Assembly: GCA_900317405.1 (NCBI GenBank) | Contig: ONGP01000010.1 | Location: 33,273-97,272 of the forward strand | Direction: 5' to 3' | Origin: an uncultured Prevotella sp. | Lineage (GTDB): Bacteria; Bacteroidota; Bacteroidia; Bacteroidales; Bacteroidaceae | DNA: 64,000 nucleotides | In this document: positions 47,613-58,188 of the stretch, in pieces | Layout of the letters: each line of letters begins with the position of its first letter | Position numbering within the stretch: position 1 is the first letter of the stretch | The notes under the pieces: generated by a model | Told to the model about the DNA's origin: nothing | Databases searched by the model: none | What the model saw: only the letters and a program-made list of their open reading frames with translations | Made by a program: the position numbers and the translations under genes

Positions 47613-48357
47613 CATTTTTGCTTTGGCGCTGGCGGACGGCTTCGTACATCAGGATGGCGGCGCTGACGCTGACGTTGAGTGAGTCGAGACGGCCAAGCAT
47701 GGGGATGCGGATGTGGGCATCGGCAGCCTCACGCCACTGATTGGTAAGACCTGTACTCTCGGTACCCATCACGATGGCTGTGCCCTGAGTCATGTCGTAG
47801 TCGTAATACTCGTAAGAGTCCTGCAACTGGGCAGTGAGTATCTTGATGCCGTGCTGCTTGAGGAAGGCTATGCACTCCTGCGATGTGCACACGGCTGTGG
47901 GCACGCAGAACACACCACCTATGCTGGCACGGATCACGTTGGGATTGTACATATCTGTAAGCGGGTCGCACACTATCAGTGCATCTATACCTGCAGCCTC
48001 GGCACTACGCAGTATTGCGCCCAGATTTCCAGGCTTCTCTACACTCTCGAGTACTACTATCAACGGATTCTCCTTAAGCTGCAGCTTGGCCAATGTATGC
48101 TCACGGCATCGCACTACGGCGATGTGGCCCTCGGTGCTGCCACGGTAGGCCATCTTTTCGTAGACCTGTGGTGTCACGTTTACGTCGCGGATGTACTCTT
48201 CCACCACCTCATAGCCGCAGGCCTTGCAGTGCTCTATCTCGCGCTGGCCCTCGACCACAAACAATCCCTCCTCGCGGCGGAGCGATGACTTCTGCTGGAG
48301 GGCTACAACATGCTTGATTCTGGCGTTTTGTACGCTTGTAATTATCGTTTCTTCCAT
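47608..48357 (-). CDS. TrmH/SpoU family RNA methyltransferase
   Basis: EKPGNLGAILR, MGTESTGL, IPMLGRLDSLNVS; start set at MEETII. Confidence 0.92.
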   Translation of the reverse strand: MEETIITSVQNARIKHVVALQQKSSLRREEGLFVVEGQREIEHCKACGYEVVEEYIRDVNVTPQVYEKMAYRGSTEGHIAVVRCREHTLAKLQLKENPLIVVLESVEKPGNLGAILRSAEAAGIDALIVCDPLTDMYNPNVIRASIGGVFCVPTAVCTSQECIAFLKQHGIKILTAQLQDSYEYYDYDMTQGTAIVMGTESTGLTNQWREAADAHIRIPMLGRLDSLNVSVSAAILMYEAVRQRQSKNV

Positions 48358-48451
48358 ATTTTGGTGCAAAGATACCATTTTTTTCCTACGGATTATACGG
48401 ATTATACAGATTTTTTTTAATTTTGCAGGCAAATTTATAAACTTGCAAGTT

Positions 48452-50938
48452 ATGACATTATTAAAAAAGTGGCTGCCTGATGTGTTGGCAGTGTTGTTGT
48501 TTGCCGTTCTGGCCTTCGCTTATTTCTTCCCTGCTGATATCGAGGGACGTATACTTTACCGTCACGATGCATCGGCAGGACGTGGCGCTGGACAGGAGTG
48601 CGCACAGTATATCGAAAAGACAGGCGAGCGTAGCCGTTGGACTAACTCGCTGTTTGGCGGAATGCCTACATATCAGTTGGCACCTGCCTATAAGTCGACC
48701 GACAAGCTTACAACGATGACCAAGATATACCATCTGTTCTTGCCCGAGAACGTGTGGTATGTGTTTGTATATCTGTTGGGATTCTATATTCTGCTGCGTG
48801 CATTCGACTTCCGTCAGCATCTGGCTGCACTGGGATCGATAATATGGGCGTTCAGCACCTACTTCCTAATCATCATCGCTGCGGGACACATCTGGAAGGT
48901 GTGGGCGCTGGCATATCTGCCGCCAATGATAGCCGGACTGGTGCTGGCCTACAGGGGTAAATACCTGTGGGGATTTGTGCTCACTGCCATCTTTACGGCA
49001 TTCGAGATAAATGCTAACCACGTACAGATGACCTACTACTATCTGTTTATCATCCTGGCGATGGTGATAGCATGGCTCATAGATGCTATCCGCAAGAAGG
49101 AGTTGGCACGATTTGGCAAGGCCACTGCTGTATGCATCGCAGGTGCTGCCATCGGCGTGTGCATCAACCTGAGTAACCTGTATCACACATGGCAGTACAG
49201 TCAGGAGTCGATGCGCGGCAAGAGCGAACTGGTGAAGAAGAACTCTGGCAATCAGACCAACAGCGGTCTGGAGCGCGACTATATCACACAGTGGAGCTAT
49301 GGCATCGACGAGACATGGACACTGCTGGTGCCTAACACCAAGGGTGGAGCATCGGTGCCTATGAGCGAGAGCAAGATTGCGATGGAGAAGGCCGATCCTA
49401 ACTACGAGTCGATATATCAGCAGATAGGACAGTACTGGGGCGAGCAGCCTGGCACAAGCGGACCAGTATACGTGGGTGCGTTTGTGATGATGCTCTTTAT
49501 ACTGGGACTGTTTATCGTGAAGGGGCCGATGAAGTGGGCACTGCTGGCAGCTACCATCCTTTCTGTTCTGCTGTCGTGGGGACGCAACTTCATGGGATTC
49601 ACCGACTTCTTCCTCGACTACGTGCCTATGTATGCTAAGTTCCGTACAGTGGCTTCGATACTGGTAATCGCCGAGTTTACCATCCCACTGCTGGCTATGC
49701 TGGCCCTGAAGAGAATATTCGACGAGCCAGAGATACTTAAGACTAAGGCTAAGTTCCTGTATATCTCGTTCGGACTTACTGCAGGTTTCTGTGCACTGTT
49801 TGCGCTCATGCCATCGATGTTCTTCGACAGTTTCATTTCGTCGAGCGAGATGCGTGCGCTGGCTCAACTGCCTCAGGAGCATGTGGGTCCGCTTACAAGC
49901 AACCTGACAGAGATGCGCAAGGCCGTATTCACAGCCGACTGCTGGCGCTCGTTCTGGATCATCGTGGTGGGCACAGCCATGCTGTTGGCCTATAAGTATC
50001 GCAAGCTTAAGGCCGAATACGCTATAGCTGGTATACTGGTGCTCTGCCTGATAGACCTGTGGCAGGTAAACAAGCGCTATCTTAACGATGAGATGTTTGT
50101 GCCACAGAGCGAGCGCGAGGCTCCACAGCAGATGAGTCAGACAGACGAACTGATACTGCGCGACAAGACACTCGACTATCGTGTGCTGAACCTGGCATCG
50201 AACACATTCAACGAGAACGAGACATCTTACTATCATAAGAGCATCGGTGGCTATCACGCTGCCAAACTGCGCCGTTATCAGGAGATGATAGAGCAGTATA
50301 TCAACCCCGAGATGCAGAAGTTGATGGGCGCTGTGGCTGAGGCTGGTGGCGACATGACGATGGTGAATGGCGACAGCATCTGTCCAGTACTGAACATGCT
50401 GAACACACGCTACTTTATCTTCCCACTGCAGGACGGACAGACTGTGCCACTGCAGAACCCATACGCTCTGGGTAATGCGTGGTTTGTGGATAAGGTGAGC
50501 TACGCCAAGAATGCCAACGAGGAGATACTGCAGGTGGGCAAGATAGACCTGCGACACGAGGCTGTGGCCGATGAGAAATTCAAGACTCAGCTTGGCGACG
50601 GTGTGGCACAGGACACTGCCAGTGTGGTGACGATAAAGAACTACGAGCCAAACCAGTTGACATACGAGGTTAACTCGGGCAAGGGTGGAGTAGTGGTATT
50701 CTCGGAGATATACTACCCAGGCTGGACTGCTACTATCGATGGCGAGCCAGCAGAACTGGGACGTGTAGACTACATACTGCGTGCACTCAACGTGAAGCCA
50801 GGCAAGCACGAGGTAGTGCTGAGCTTCTTCCCCAAATCGGTGGATACAACCGAGACTATCGCCTATACAGCGTACGCAATCCTGATATTGGTACTGGCAG
50901 GTGCCGCCTTCATGGCCTATCGCCGCAAGCAGAAATAA
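48452..50938 (+). CDS. YfhO-family membrane protein (GT-C-like)
   Basis: WTNSLFGGMP, NHVQMTYY, GGYHAAKL, FSEIYYPGW; start set at MTLLKKW. Confidence 0.85.
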   Translation: MTLLKKWLPDVLAVLLFAVLAFAYFFPADIEGRILYRHDASAGRGAGQECAQYIEKTGERSRWTNSLFGGMPTYQLAPAYKSTDKLTTMTKIYHLFLPENVWYVFVYLLGFYILLRAFDFRQHLAALGSIIWAFSTYFLIIIAAGHIWKVWALAYLPPMIAGLVLAYRGKYLWGFVLTAIFTAFEINANHVQMTYYYLFIILAMVIAWLIDAIRKKELARFGKATAVCIAGAAIGVCINLSNLYHTWQYSQESMRGKSELVKKNSGNQTNSGLERDYITQWSYGIDETWTLLVPNTKGGASVPMSESKIAMEKADPNYESIYQQIGQYWGEQPGTSGPVYVGAFVMMLFILGLFIVKGPMKWALLAATILSVLLSWGRNFMGFTDFFLDYVPMYAKFRTVASILVIAEFTIPLLAMLALKRIFDEPEILKTKAKFLYISFGLTAGFCALFALMPSMFFDSFISSSEMRALAQLPQEHVGPLTSNLTEMRKAVFTADCWRSFWIIVVGTAMLLAYKYRKLKAEYAIAGILVLCLIDLWQVNKRYLNDEMFVPQSEREAPQQMSQTDELILRDKTLDYRVLNLASNTFNENETSYYHKSIGGYHAAKLRRYQEMIEQYINPEMQKLMGAVAEAGGDMTMVNGDSICPVLNMLNTRYFIFPLQDGQTVPLQNPYALGNAWFVDKVSYAKNANEEILQVGKIDLRHEAVADEKFKTQLGDGVAQDTASVVTIKNYEPNQLTYEVNSGKGGVVVFSEIYYPGWTATIDGEPAELGRVDYILRALNVKPGKHEVVLSFFPKSVDTTETIAYTAYAILILVLAGAAFMAYRRKQK

Positions 50939-50968
50939 TGTTTAATGTTTAATGTTTAACGTTTAATG
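50936..50968. repeat. Heptamer tandem repeat TAATGTT
   Basis: Spans from the yfhO stop to the fkp start. Confidence 0.85.
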
Positions 50969-53620
50969 AAAAAACTTCTCTCATTGCCACCTAACTTGGT
51001 GGACAGTTTCCATGATGTGACAGGACTGAGCAGAGAGGAATACTTCTGCACCAACGATCCTGTGGGACACAAACTGGGTAGTGGCGGTGGTACCACATGG
51101 CTGCTTCAGGCCTGTATGACCACCGAGGATGGTGAATCGCTGGCCGAGTGGTTGCCACGCGAGAAGCGTATACTGCTGCACGCTGGCGGACAGAGCCGTC
51201 GACTGCCATCATACGCTCCATCGGGCAAGATACTTACACCAGTACCCGTGTTCCGTTGGGAGCGCGGACAGAAACTGTCGCAGGATCTGTTGAGTCTGCA
51301 ACTGCCACTGTACGAACAGATGATGCAGATGGCACCAGAGGGCATACACACCATGGTGGTGAGTGGCGACGTGCTGGTGCGCACATCGCAGCCACTACAG
51401 CCCATACCTGATGCTGACGTGGTGTGCTACGGACTTTGGCTCGACGCATCGGTAGCCAAGAATCACGGTGTGTTCGTAAGCAGTCGCAAGTCGCCATCTG
51501 TGCTCAAGCAGATGCTGCAGAAACCAAATATCGAGACACTGAACGAGATACAGAAGGATCACTACTACCTTACTGATATCGGCATCTGGATGCTGAGCGA
51601 CAAGGCTGTAGAGCTGCTTGCCAAGAAATCTAAGAATGGCGATGATATCATAGAGTACGACATGTACTCGGAGTTTGGTTGTGCGCTGGGCACAAACCCA
51701 TCAAAGCCTGATAATGATCTGCTAGACCTTAAGGTGGCCATCGTACCGCTGCAGGGTGGCGAGTTCTACCACTTCGGCACATCGCGCGAGATGATATCGT
51801 CAACAATGCGAATACAGAACTTGGTGAACGATCAGCGCGAGATAATGCATCACGACCGCAAGCCACATCCAAGCATTTTTGTTCAGAATGCAGAGTGCAA
51901 GTTTAAGTTTACTGAGGACAACGAGAATATCTGGATAGAGAACAGCTACGTGGGCGAGGGATGGACCCTGACCCGCGATAACATAGTAACAGGTGTGCCA
52001 GAGAACAAATGGAAGCTGCAGCTGGCTCCAGGCGAATGTGTCGATGTGGTACCTATCGGCGATGAGGAATACGCTATCCGTAGATACCATATCGATGATA
52101 AGTTTGCAGGCGCAGAGCAGCAGAAGCAGCAGTTCCCAGTAATTAGTAATCTGGCAGCAATGGCAGATCTGGTAGACCTGGATGGACTAAGCTTCCTGAC
52201 CACTCGACTTATTTCGGCTGAGGAGATTAGTACCGAGGCCAACCTGCATAGATTGTTTGATCAGCGTAAGGCACTACGCAAGCAGAACTGGAGCGCGCTG
52301 GCCAGTAACTGGACACACAGCGTGTTCTATCAGCTGGACCTGGCTGATGCCAAACGAGAGTTCGACGAGATGGATATCCCTATGCCTGCACCACTGGATG
52401 ATGATGCTCCACTGATGACACGCATACACGATGCGATGTTCCGTGGTGAGAGCGACAAGGCATTCGGACTGTTGCGCGAGGGACTGCTTGATATCGACGA
52501 GAAGCGTGTGATACCACAGCTGTCAGTGGCTGAGGACCAGATAGTCTGGGGACGTTCGCCTGTGCGTATCGACATCGCTGGTGGATGGACTGACACACCA
52601 CCATACTGCCTGATGGAGGGCGGAAACGTGATCAATCTGGCTATCGAACTGAACGGTCAGCCACCATTGCAGGCATATATACGTCCGTCGCGCGAACCAA
52701 GAATAGTGCTGCGCAGCATCGATCTGGGAGCGATGGAGGTGGTTGAAACCAGCAAACAACTGAAGGACTTTATGCACGTAGGTTCGCCATTCTCGATACC
52801 TAAGGCTGCACTTGTGCTGGCAGGCTTTGGTAATCGTATGCTGATGGACGAGCTGGAGGCATTCGGCTCTGGTATAGAGATAACACTGCTCAGCGCAATA
52901 CCTGCTGGTAGCGGACTGGGCACAAGCAGTATACTGGCCGCAACAGTGCTTGGTGCGCTGAACGACTTCTGCGGACTGGGCTGGGATAAGAACGAGATAG
53001 GACATCGCACACTGATGCTGGAACAGATGCTGACCACAGGTGGTGGCTGGCAGGACCAGTTTGGTGGTGTGCTGGGTGGCGTAAAGCTGCTACAGACGGG
53101 TAGGGGATTCTGTCAGAACCCACAGGTGCGCTGGTTGCCTACCGACCTGTGGACACAGCCCGAATATCGTCCTTGCCACCTATTATATTATACAGGCATA
53201 ACGCGTACGGCTAAAAGCATACTGGCCGAGATAGTTCGCAGAATGTTCTTGAATCATGGCGGCGAGTTGCGCTTGCTGCGACAGATGAAGGAGCATACAC
53301 TCGACATGTACGAGGCTATCCAGCAGAACGACTTTGTGCGTATGGGACAGCTGGTGCGTAAAACTTGGACACAGAATCAGCTGCTCGATTCGGGCACCAA
53401 TCCTGAGGATGTGGCTAAACTGACCAGTATGATTGACGACCTCTGTCTGGGATATAAACTGCCAGGAGCAGGCGGTGGTGGCTATCTGTATATGATAGCA
53501 AAGGATCCTGAGGCTGCAGCACGTATCAAGCAGATACTGACAGATAACAGCATACGTAAAAATGCAAGATTTGTGGAGATGGACCTCTCGACAAAGGGAC
53601 TGCAAATAAGTAGAAGCTGA
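50966..53620 (+). CDS. fkp: Bifunctional fucokinase / GDP-L-fucose pyrophosphorylase
   Basis: KLGSGGGT, HAGGQSRR, RIDIAGGWTDTPP, PAGSGLGTSS, GGGWQDQ, GAGGGG. Confidence 0.93.
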   Translation: MKKLLSLPPNLVDSFHDVTGLSREEYFCTNDPVGHKLGSGGGTTWLLQACMTTEDGESLAEWLPREKRILLHAGGQSRRLPSYAPSGKILTPVPVFRWERGQKLSQDLLSLQLPLYEQMMQMAPEGIHTMVVSGDVLVRTSQPLQPIPDADVVCYGLWLDASVAKNHGVFVSSRKSPSVLKQMLQKPNIETLNEIQKDHYYLTDIGIWMLSDKAVELLAKKSKNGDDIIEYDMYSEFGCALGTNPSKPDNDLLDLKVAIVPLQGGEFYHFGTSREMISSTMRIQNLVNDQREIMHHDRKPHPSIFVQNAECKFKFTEDNENIWIENSYVGEGWTLTRDNIVTGVPENKWKLQLAPGECVDVVPIGDEEYAIRRYHIDDKFAGAEQQKQQFPVISNLAAMADLVDLDGLSFLTTRLISAEEISTEANLHRLFDQRKALRKQNWSALASNWTHSVFYQLDLADAKREFDEMDIPMPAPLDDDAPLMTRIHDAMFRGESDKAFGLLREGLLDIDEKRVIPQLSVAEDQIVWGRSPVRIDIAGGWTDTPPYCLMEGGNVINLAIELNGQPPLQAYIRPSREPRIVLRSIDLGAMEVVETSKQLKDFMHVGSPFSIPKAALVLAGFGNRMLMDELEAFGSGIEITLLSAIPAGSGLGTSSILAATVLGALNDFCGLGWDKNEIGHRTLMLEQMLTTGGGWQDQFGGVLGGVKLLQTGRGFCQNPQVRWLPTDLWTQPEYRPCHLLYYTGITRTAKSILAEIVRRMFLNHGGELRLLRQMKEHTLDMYEAIQQNDFVRMGQLVRKTWTQNQLLDSGTNPEDVAKLTSMIDDLCLGYKLPGAGGGGYLYMIAKDPEAAARIKQILTDNSIRKNARFVEMDLSTKGLQISRS

Positions 53621-53625
53621 TGGTA

Positions 53626-53660
53626 CATTAAACATTAAACATTAAAGATTAAACATTTAA
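53626..53660. repeat. Heptamer tandem repeat, CATTAAA-like x5
   Basis: Direct reading at the fkp-GSCFA junction. Confidence 0.85.
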
Positions 53661-54457
53661 TGGATTTTCGAACGATTGTAGATATAGAGGATCCTGGGTT
53701 TAGGATTGGGGCTTGCGAGGAGATGCTCTTTGTGGGGTCGTGCTTTGCTGATAAGATAGGCGCGCGATTCACAGAGGAGAAGTTCCGCACCATAGTCAAT
53801 CCCTATGGTGTGATGTATAATCCAGCATCAATCCTGCACACCATACAACGTATCGATAAGCCCGTGTCGACAGCATTCCTGACATTGGGCACCAATCACG
53901 TGTATATCCTTAAGGAGACTAACGAGATAGTGGACAACTGCGAGAAGCGTCCACAATCGCTTTTTATCGAGAAGGAGCTATCAGTTGACGAGTGTGCCGA
54001 CTATCTGCAGCAGTCCATCGACATGCTGCGCCAGCTTAATCCTGATATCCGTATCGTAATCACCATTAGCCCTATCCGCTATCGCAAATACGGCTATCAC
54101 GGTTCGCAACTCTCAAAAGCCACACTGCTCCTAGCAGTCGATAGAGTAATCAAAATGTTTAATGTAAACTACTTCCCTGCCTACGAGATTGTCAACGACG
54201 AGTTGCGCGATTACCGGTTCTATGCCGAGGATATGCTGCACCCGTCAGCACAGGCGGTGGAATACATCTGGCAGAGATTCTCGGAGGTGTATCTCAGCGA
54301 TGCAGCAAAGGCCTTCATCAAGGAATGGCAACCCATCAAAGCTGCACTAAATCATAAGCCTTTTAACCCTGATTCGCAAGAATATCGCATATTCATGGAT
54401 AAAACTATGTTAAAAGTTGCCGAGTTGCAAAAAAAATACCCTAACTTTGCACTCTAA
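53660..54457 (+). CDS. GSCFA-domain protein
   Basis: GSCFA, TLGT, TISPIR, SKATL, YFPAYEI, DMLHP. Confidence 0.9.
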   Translation: MDFRTIVDIEDPGFRIGACEEMLFVGSCFADKIGARFTEEKFRTIVNPYGVMYNPASILHTIQRIDKPVSTAFLTLGTNHVYILKETNEIVDNCEKRPQSLFIEKELSVDECADYLQQSIDMLRQLNPDIRIVITISPIRYRKYGYHGSQLSKATLLLAVDRVIKMFNVNYFPAYEIVNDELRDYRFYAEDMLHPSAQAVEYIWQRFSEVYLSDAAKAFIKEWQPIKAALNHKPFNPDSQEYRIFMDKTMLKVAELQKKYPNFAL

Positions 54458-54468
54458 AAAAGGAAATT

Positions 54469-56940
54469 ATGAAATATAGCATTGAAAAAGTTACCACGCT
54501 TATAGGTGCGCGAAGATATGGAAACAGCGAGGGACAGGTTAGTTGGCTGCTTACCGATAGCCGTAGTCTCTGCTTCCCAGAAGAAACCCTATTTTTTGCC
54601 CTGAAAACTCAACGTAACGATGGACACCGCTACATTCAGGACTTGTACAATCGAGGTGTACGACAGTTTGTAGTAGAGCAGGTGCCCGAGCATTACGAGA
54701 AACTATATCCCGAGGCTAATTTCCTGCGAGTACCGCATACATTGGCCGCACTGCAGCGACTGGCTGAGCGCCATCGCGACGAGTTCGATCTGCCTATCGT
54801 AGGTATCACGGGCTCAAACGGTAAGACGATGGTGAAGGAGTGGCTGTATCAGCTCATGTTGCCATCACAGCGCATTGTTCGTTCGCCACGCAGTTATAAT
54901 TCGCAGATAGGTGTGCCCCTCTCGGTATGGTTGCTCAACGAGCAGACTGAGGTGGGAATCTTCGAGGCTGGTATATCGCAGCCTGGCGAGATGATGGCAC
55001 TGCGCGATATCATCCAACCTACCATCGGAGTGCTCACCACACTGGGTGCTGCACATCAGGAGAACTTCCGTTCGATGGAAGAGAAGTGCATGGAGAAACT
55101 CGAACTGATGCACGATACTGAGGCTATGGTGTATTGCTCGGATAACGACATCGTGAGTCGTTGCATCCGTCGTATGAGCTACAAGGGCGAGAAGATATCG
55201 TGGAGCACTTGCGACGAGCAGGCTTCGCTGTTTGTTAAGAGCACCAAACCATCAAAGACTCGTCTTGCTACCACCATTACTTATATATGGCAGCAGGAGG
55301 AGAACACCTTCGAGATTCCATTCATCGATGAGGCTTCGATCGAGAACTCTATCACTTGTGCTGCTGTAGCACTGAAGTTGGGACTAACCCCAGGCGAACT
55401 GGCCGACCGCATGCCAAAGCTGGAGCCTGTAGCTATGCGACTGGAGGTGAAGGAAGGTCAGCGTGGATGCATACTGATAAACGACTCGTATAATTCGGAT
55501 ATCAACTCGCTCGACATAGCGCTCGACTTTATGAGTCGTCGTGAGGGCAAGAACCGTACGCTCATTCTCAGCGATATATTCCAGACAGGCGTATCGGCCA
55601 GCGAACTCTACGCACAGGTGAGCGATCTGGCCACAAAGCGCGGCATTACCAAGTTTATTGGTATTGGTCCTGAACTTACAGCTCAGGCCGACAAGATACA
55701 GATAGCCGACAAACAGTTCTTTGCCGATGTGAACCACTTCCTGGGCAGCGAGGCCTTTGCTGCACTGCGCGACGAACTGATACTGCTCAAGGGTGCACGT
55801 CCATTCGGATTCGATCAGATAACAGAGCAACTGGAGCAGAAGGTGCACGAGACTATCCTTGAGGTTAACCTGAATGCTGTGGTAGAGAATCTGAACTACT
55901 ATCGATCATTCATGAAGCCCGAAACCAAGATGGTTTGTATGATCAAGGCCGATGCCTATGGTGCAGGAGCCGTAGAGATAGCAAAGACACTGCAGGATCA
56001 TCGCGTGGACTATCTGGCTGTGGCTGTGGCCGATGAGGGTGTAACACTGCGTAAGGCCGGCATCACTGCCAACATCATGATTATGAATCCTGAGATGACT
56101 GCGTTCAAGACCATGTTCGACTATGATCTTGAGCCCGAGGTTTACAGCTTCCGACTGCTCGATGCACTTATCAAGGCTGCACGCAAGGAGGGTATCACAG
56201 GTTGGCCTGTACACATCAAACTCGATACTGGTATGCACCGCTTGGGATTCGACCCAGAGCAGGATATGGACGAGCTCATCGATCGACTGACACATCAGCA
56301 GGCAGTCATCCCTCGTTCGGTATTCAGCCATTTCGTTGGTTCTGACAGCGACGACTTCGATAACTTCTCAACTCTGCAGTTCAAGCGTTTTGAGATGGGT
56401 AGCAAGAAGCTTCAAGACGCGTTCTCGCATAAGATTCTGCGCCACATGGACAACTCTGCTGGTATCGAGCACTTCCCCGATCGCCAGATGGATATGTGCC
56501 GACTGGGACTGGGCCTATATGGCGTAGATCCTCGCGATAACCGCATACTGCACACCGTTAGCACGCTTAAGACCACCATCCTGCAGATGCGTCAGGTGCC
56601 TAAGACTGATACCGTGGGCTACAGTCGAAAGGGCAAGCTCACACGCGATTCTGTCATCGCAGCCATACCTATCGGATATGCCGATGGACTGAACCGTCAT
56701 CTGGGCAATCGCAACTGCTACTGTCTGGTGAACGGACAGAAGGCTGAGTACGTGGGTAATATCTGTATGGACGTGGCGCTGATAGATGTTACTGACATAC
56801 CATGCGTAGAGGGTGACCAGGTAGAGATATTCGGCGAGAACCTGCCAGTGACGGTACTGAGCGATGTGCTGCAGACCATACCTTACGAGGTGCTGACGGG
56901 CATCAGCAATCGAGTGAAACGAGTCTACTTCCAAGACTAA
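54469..56940 (+). CDS. alr: Bifunctional MurF ligase / alanine racemase
   Basis: ITGSNGKT, INDSYN; MIKADAYG, KLDTGMHRLG, IGYADG, ICMD, TIPYE. Confidence 0.93.
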   Translation: MKYSIEKVTTLIGARRYGNSEGQVSWLLTDSRSLCFPEETLFFALKTQRNDGHRYIQDLYNRGVRQFVVEQVPEHYEKLYPEANFLRVPHTLAALQRLAERHRDEFDLPIVGITGSNGKTMVKEWLYQLMLPSQRIVRSPRSYNSQIGVPLSVWLLNEQTEVGIFEAGISQPGEMMALRDIIQPTIGVLTTLGAAHQENFRSMEEKCMEKLELMHDTEAMVYCSDNDIVSRCIRRMSYKGEKISWSTCDEQASLFVKSTKPSKTRLATTITYIWQQEENTFEIPFIDEASIENSITCAAVALKLGLTPGELADRMPKLEPVAMRLEVKEGQRGCILINDSYNSDINSLDIALDFMSRREGKNRTLILSDIFQTGVSASELYAQVSDLATKRGITKFIGIGPELTAQADKIQIADKQFFADVNHFLGSEAFAALRDELILLKGARPFGFDQITEQLEQKVHETILEVNLNAVVENLNYYRSFMKPETKMVCMIKADAYGAGAVEIAKTLQDHRVDYLAVAVADEGVTLRKAGITANIMIMNPEMTAFKTMFDYDLEPEVYSFRLLDALIKAARKEGITGWPVHIKLDTGMHRLGFDPEQDMDELIDRLTHQQAVIPRSVFSHFVGSDSDDFDNFSTLQFKRFEMGSKKLQDAFSHKILRHMDNSAGIEHFPDRQMDMCRLGLGLYGVDPRDNRILHTVSTLKTTILQMRQVPKTDTVGYSRKGKLTRDSVIAAIPIGYADGLNRHLGNRNCYCLVNGQKAEYVGNICMDVALIDVTDIPCVEGDQVEIFGENLPVTVLSDVLQTIPYEVLTGISNRVKRVYFQD

Positions 56941-56946
56941 ATAGAT

Positions 56947-56974
56947 AGGAGAATCGCACAGATTCTCCTTTTTT
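56947..56974 (+). terminator. Intrinsic terminator
   Basis: AGGAGAATC...GATTCTCCT followed by a T tract. Confidence 0.8.
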
Positions 56975-57077
56975 AATGCTAATTCGTAAGAAATATGCCG
57001 AAATTTTTGGCAAATCGAAAGAAAAGTAGTACTTTTGCCGACGCAAGGAACTAAATTATCATAAGTACAATGACAAA

Positions 57078-58166
57078 ATGAAACGTAAAACTTGCAAACA
57101 ACTGAAAATGCTGGCTGTAGCGATGGCTATGGGTGTGTGTTCTGTGGCCAATGCTCAGCAGAAGAGCAATGACATCGACTGGACCAAGGAATTTACCAGT
57201 CGTATTACTCTGAACGGCTATGCTCAGGGGGGATGGAGTTATCAGGATCCCAACGGCAAGCCGCAGAATGCTTACAATCTAAAACGTACCCTTTTGTGGG
57301 CTAAGGCCCGTATTACCGACAGATGGTCGTTTATGTTCATGCACGACTTCTCGAGTGTGGTTCAGGAGTTTTATACCGACTACCGCTTGAGCAAGGGCAA
57401 TGAGATGACCGTACGTCTGGGACAGTTCAAACACTCTTACTCGATGGAGAATCCTATGTCGCCTACTCAGTTGGAGTTGGTCGATGTATATTCGCAGGCT
57501 GTACTCTATCTGGCAGGCGAAGGTCCTGACCCGCTTAATGGCGTGAACTATGGTCGCGACATGGGTCTTGAGGTGTATGGCGACCTGGCTAAGGGCGTGT
57601 TGCACTACGAACTGGCACTGATGAGTGGTCAGGGTATCAACCGAAAGGACCTGAATAATCAGAAAGACTTTATCGCAAAGCTCGAACTTCGTCCTGTCGA
57701 CGGATTTCGTGTGGTTGCATCAGGCTATCTGGGCACAGGATGTGCTGTTGGTACAGCTGCTTGGAACCCTGAGATCGGCGTGGGCGACAACTATAAGCGC
57801 AATCGCTACAGCGTGGGTGCCGAGTATAAGACCAGCCCCTACACAGGTAGTAAGTATAAGGAGGCTCGTCCAGCATCGGTACGTGCAGAGTGGTTAGGCG
57901 GACAGGATGGTGAGGTAGGAAGCCGAGGCGGCTATGTTACCACATGTATCCCAGTGGTCGATGCACTCGACATCGTGGCTAGCGGCGAGACATTCGACCG
58001 CAATACCAAGGTTGACGGATGGGATCAGACCAACCTGACCGTAGGCCTGCAGTACTGGTTCTACAAGAAGTGCCGTATGCAGTTGCAGTACACACGTTGC
58101 ATGTGTGGCGATATGCTGGGCAAGGATTATAATTGGGTTCAGGCCCAGATGCAGGTGGCATTCTAA
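57078..58166 (+). CDS. Outer-membrane porin (OprO/OprP-like)
   Basis: Signal peptide, VRLGQFK, GRDMG, C-terminal QVAF. Confidence 0.78.
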   Translation: MKRKTCKQLKMLAVAMAMGVCSVANAQQKSNDIDWTKEFTSRITLNGYAQGGWSYQDPNGKPQNAYNLKRTLLWAKARITDRWSFMFMHDFSSVVQEFYTDYRLSKGNEMTVRLGQFKHSYSMENPMSPTQLELVDVYSQAVLYLAGEGPDPLNGVNYGRDMGLEVYGDLAKGVLHYELALMSGQGINRKDLNNQKDFIAKLELRPVDGFRVVASGYLGTGCAVGTAAWNPEIGVGDNYKRNRYSVGAEYKTSPYTGSKYKEARPASVRAEWLGGQDGEVGSRGGYVTTCIPVVDALDIVASGETFDRNTKVDGWDQTNLTVGLQYWFYKKCRMQLQYTRCMCGDMLGKDYNWVQAQMQVAF

Positions 58167-58188
58167 ACATTAAAGATTAAACATTAAA

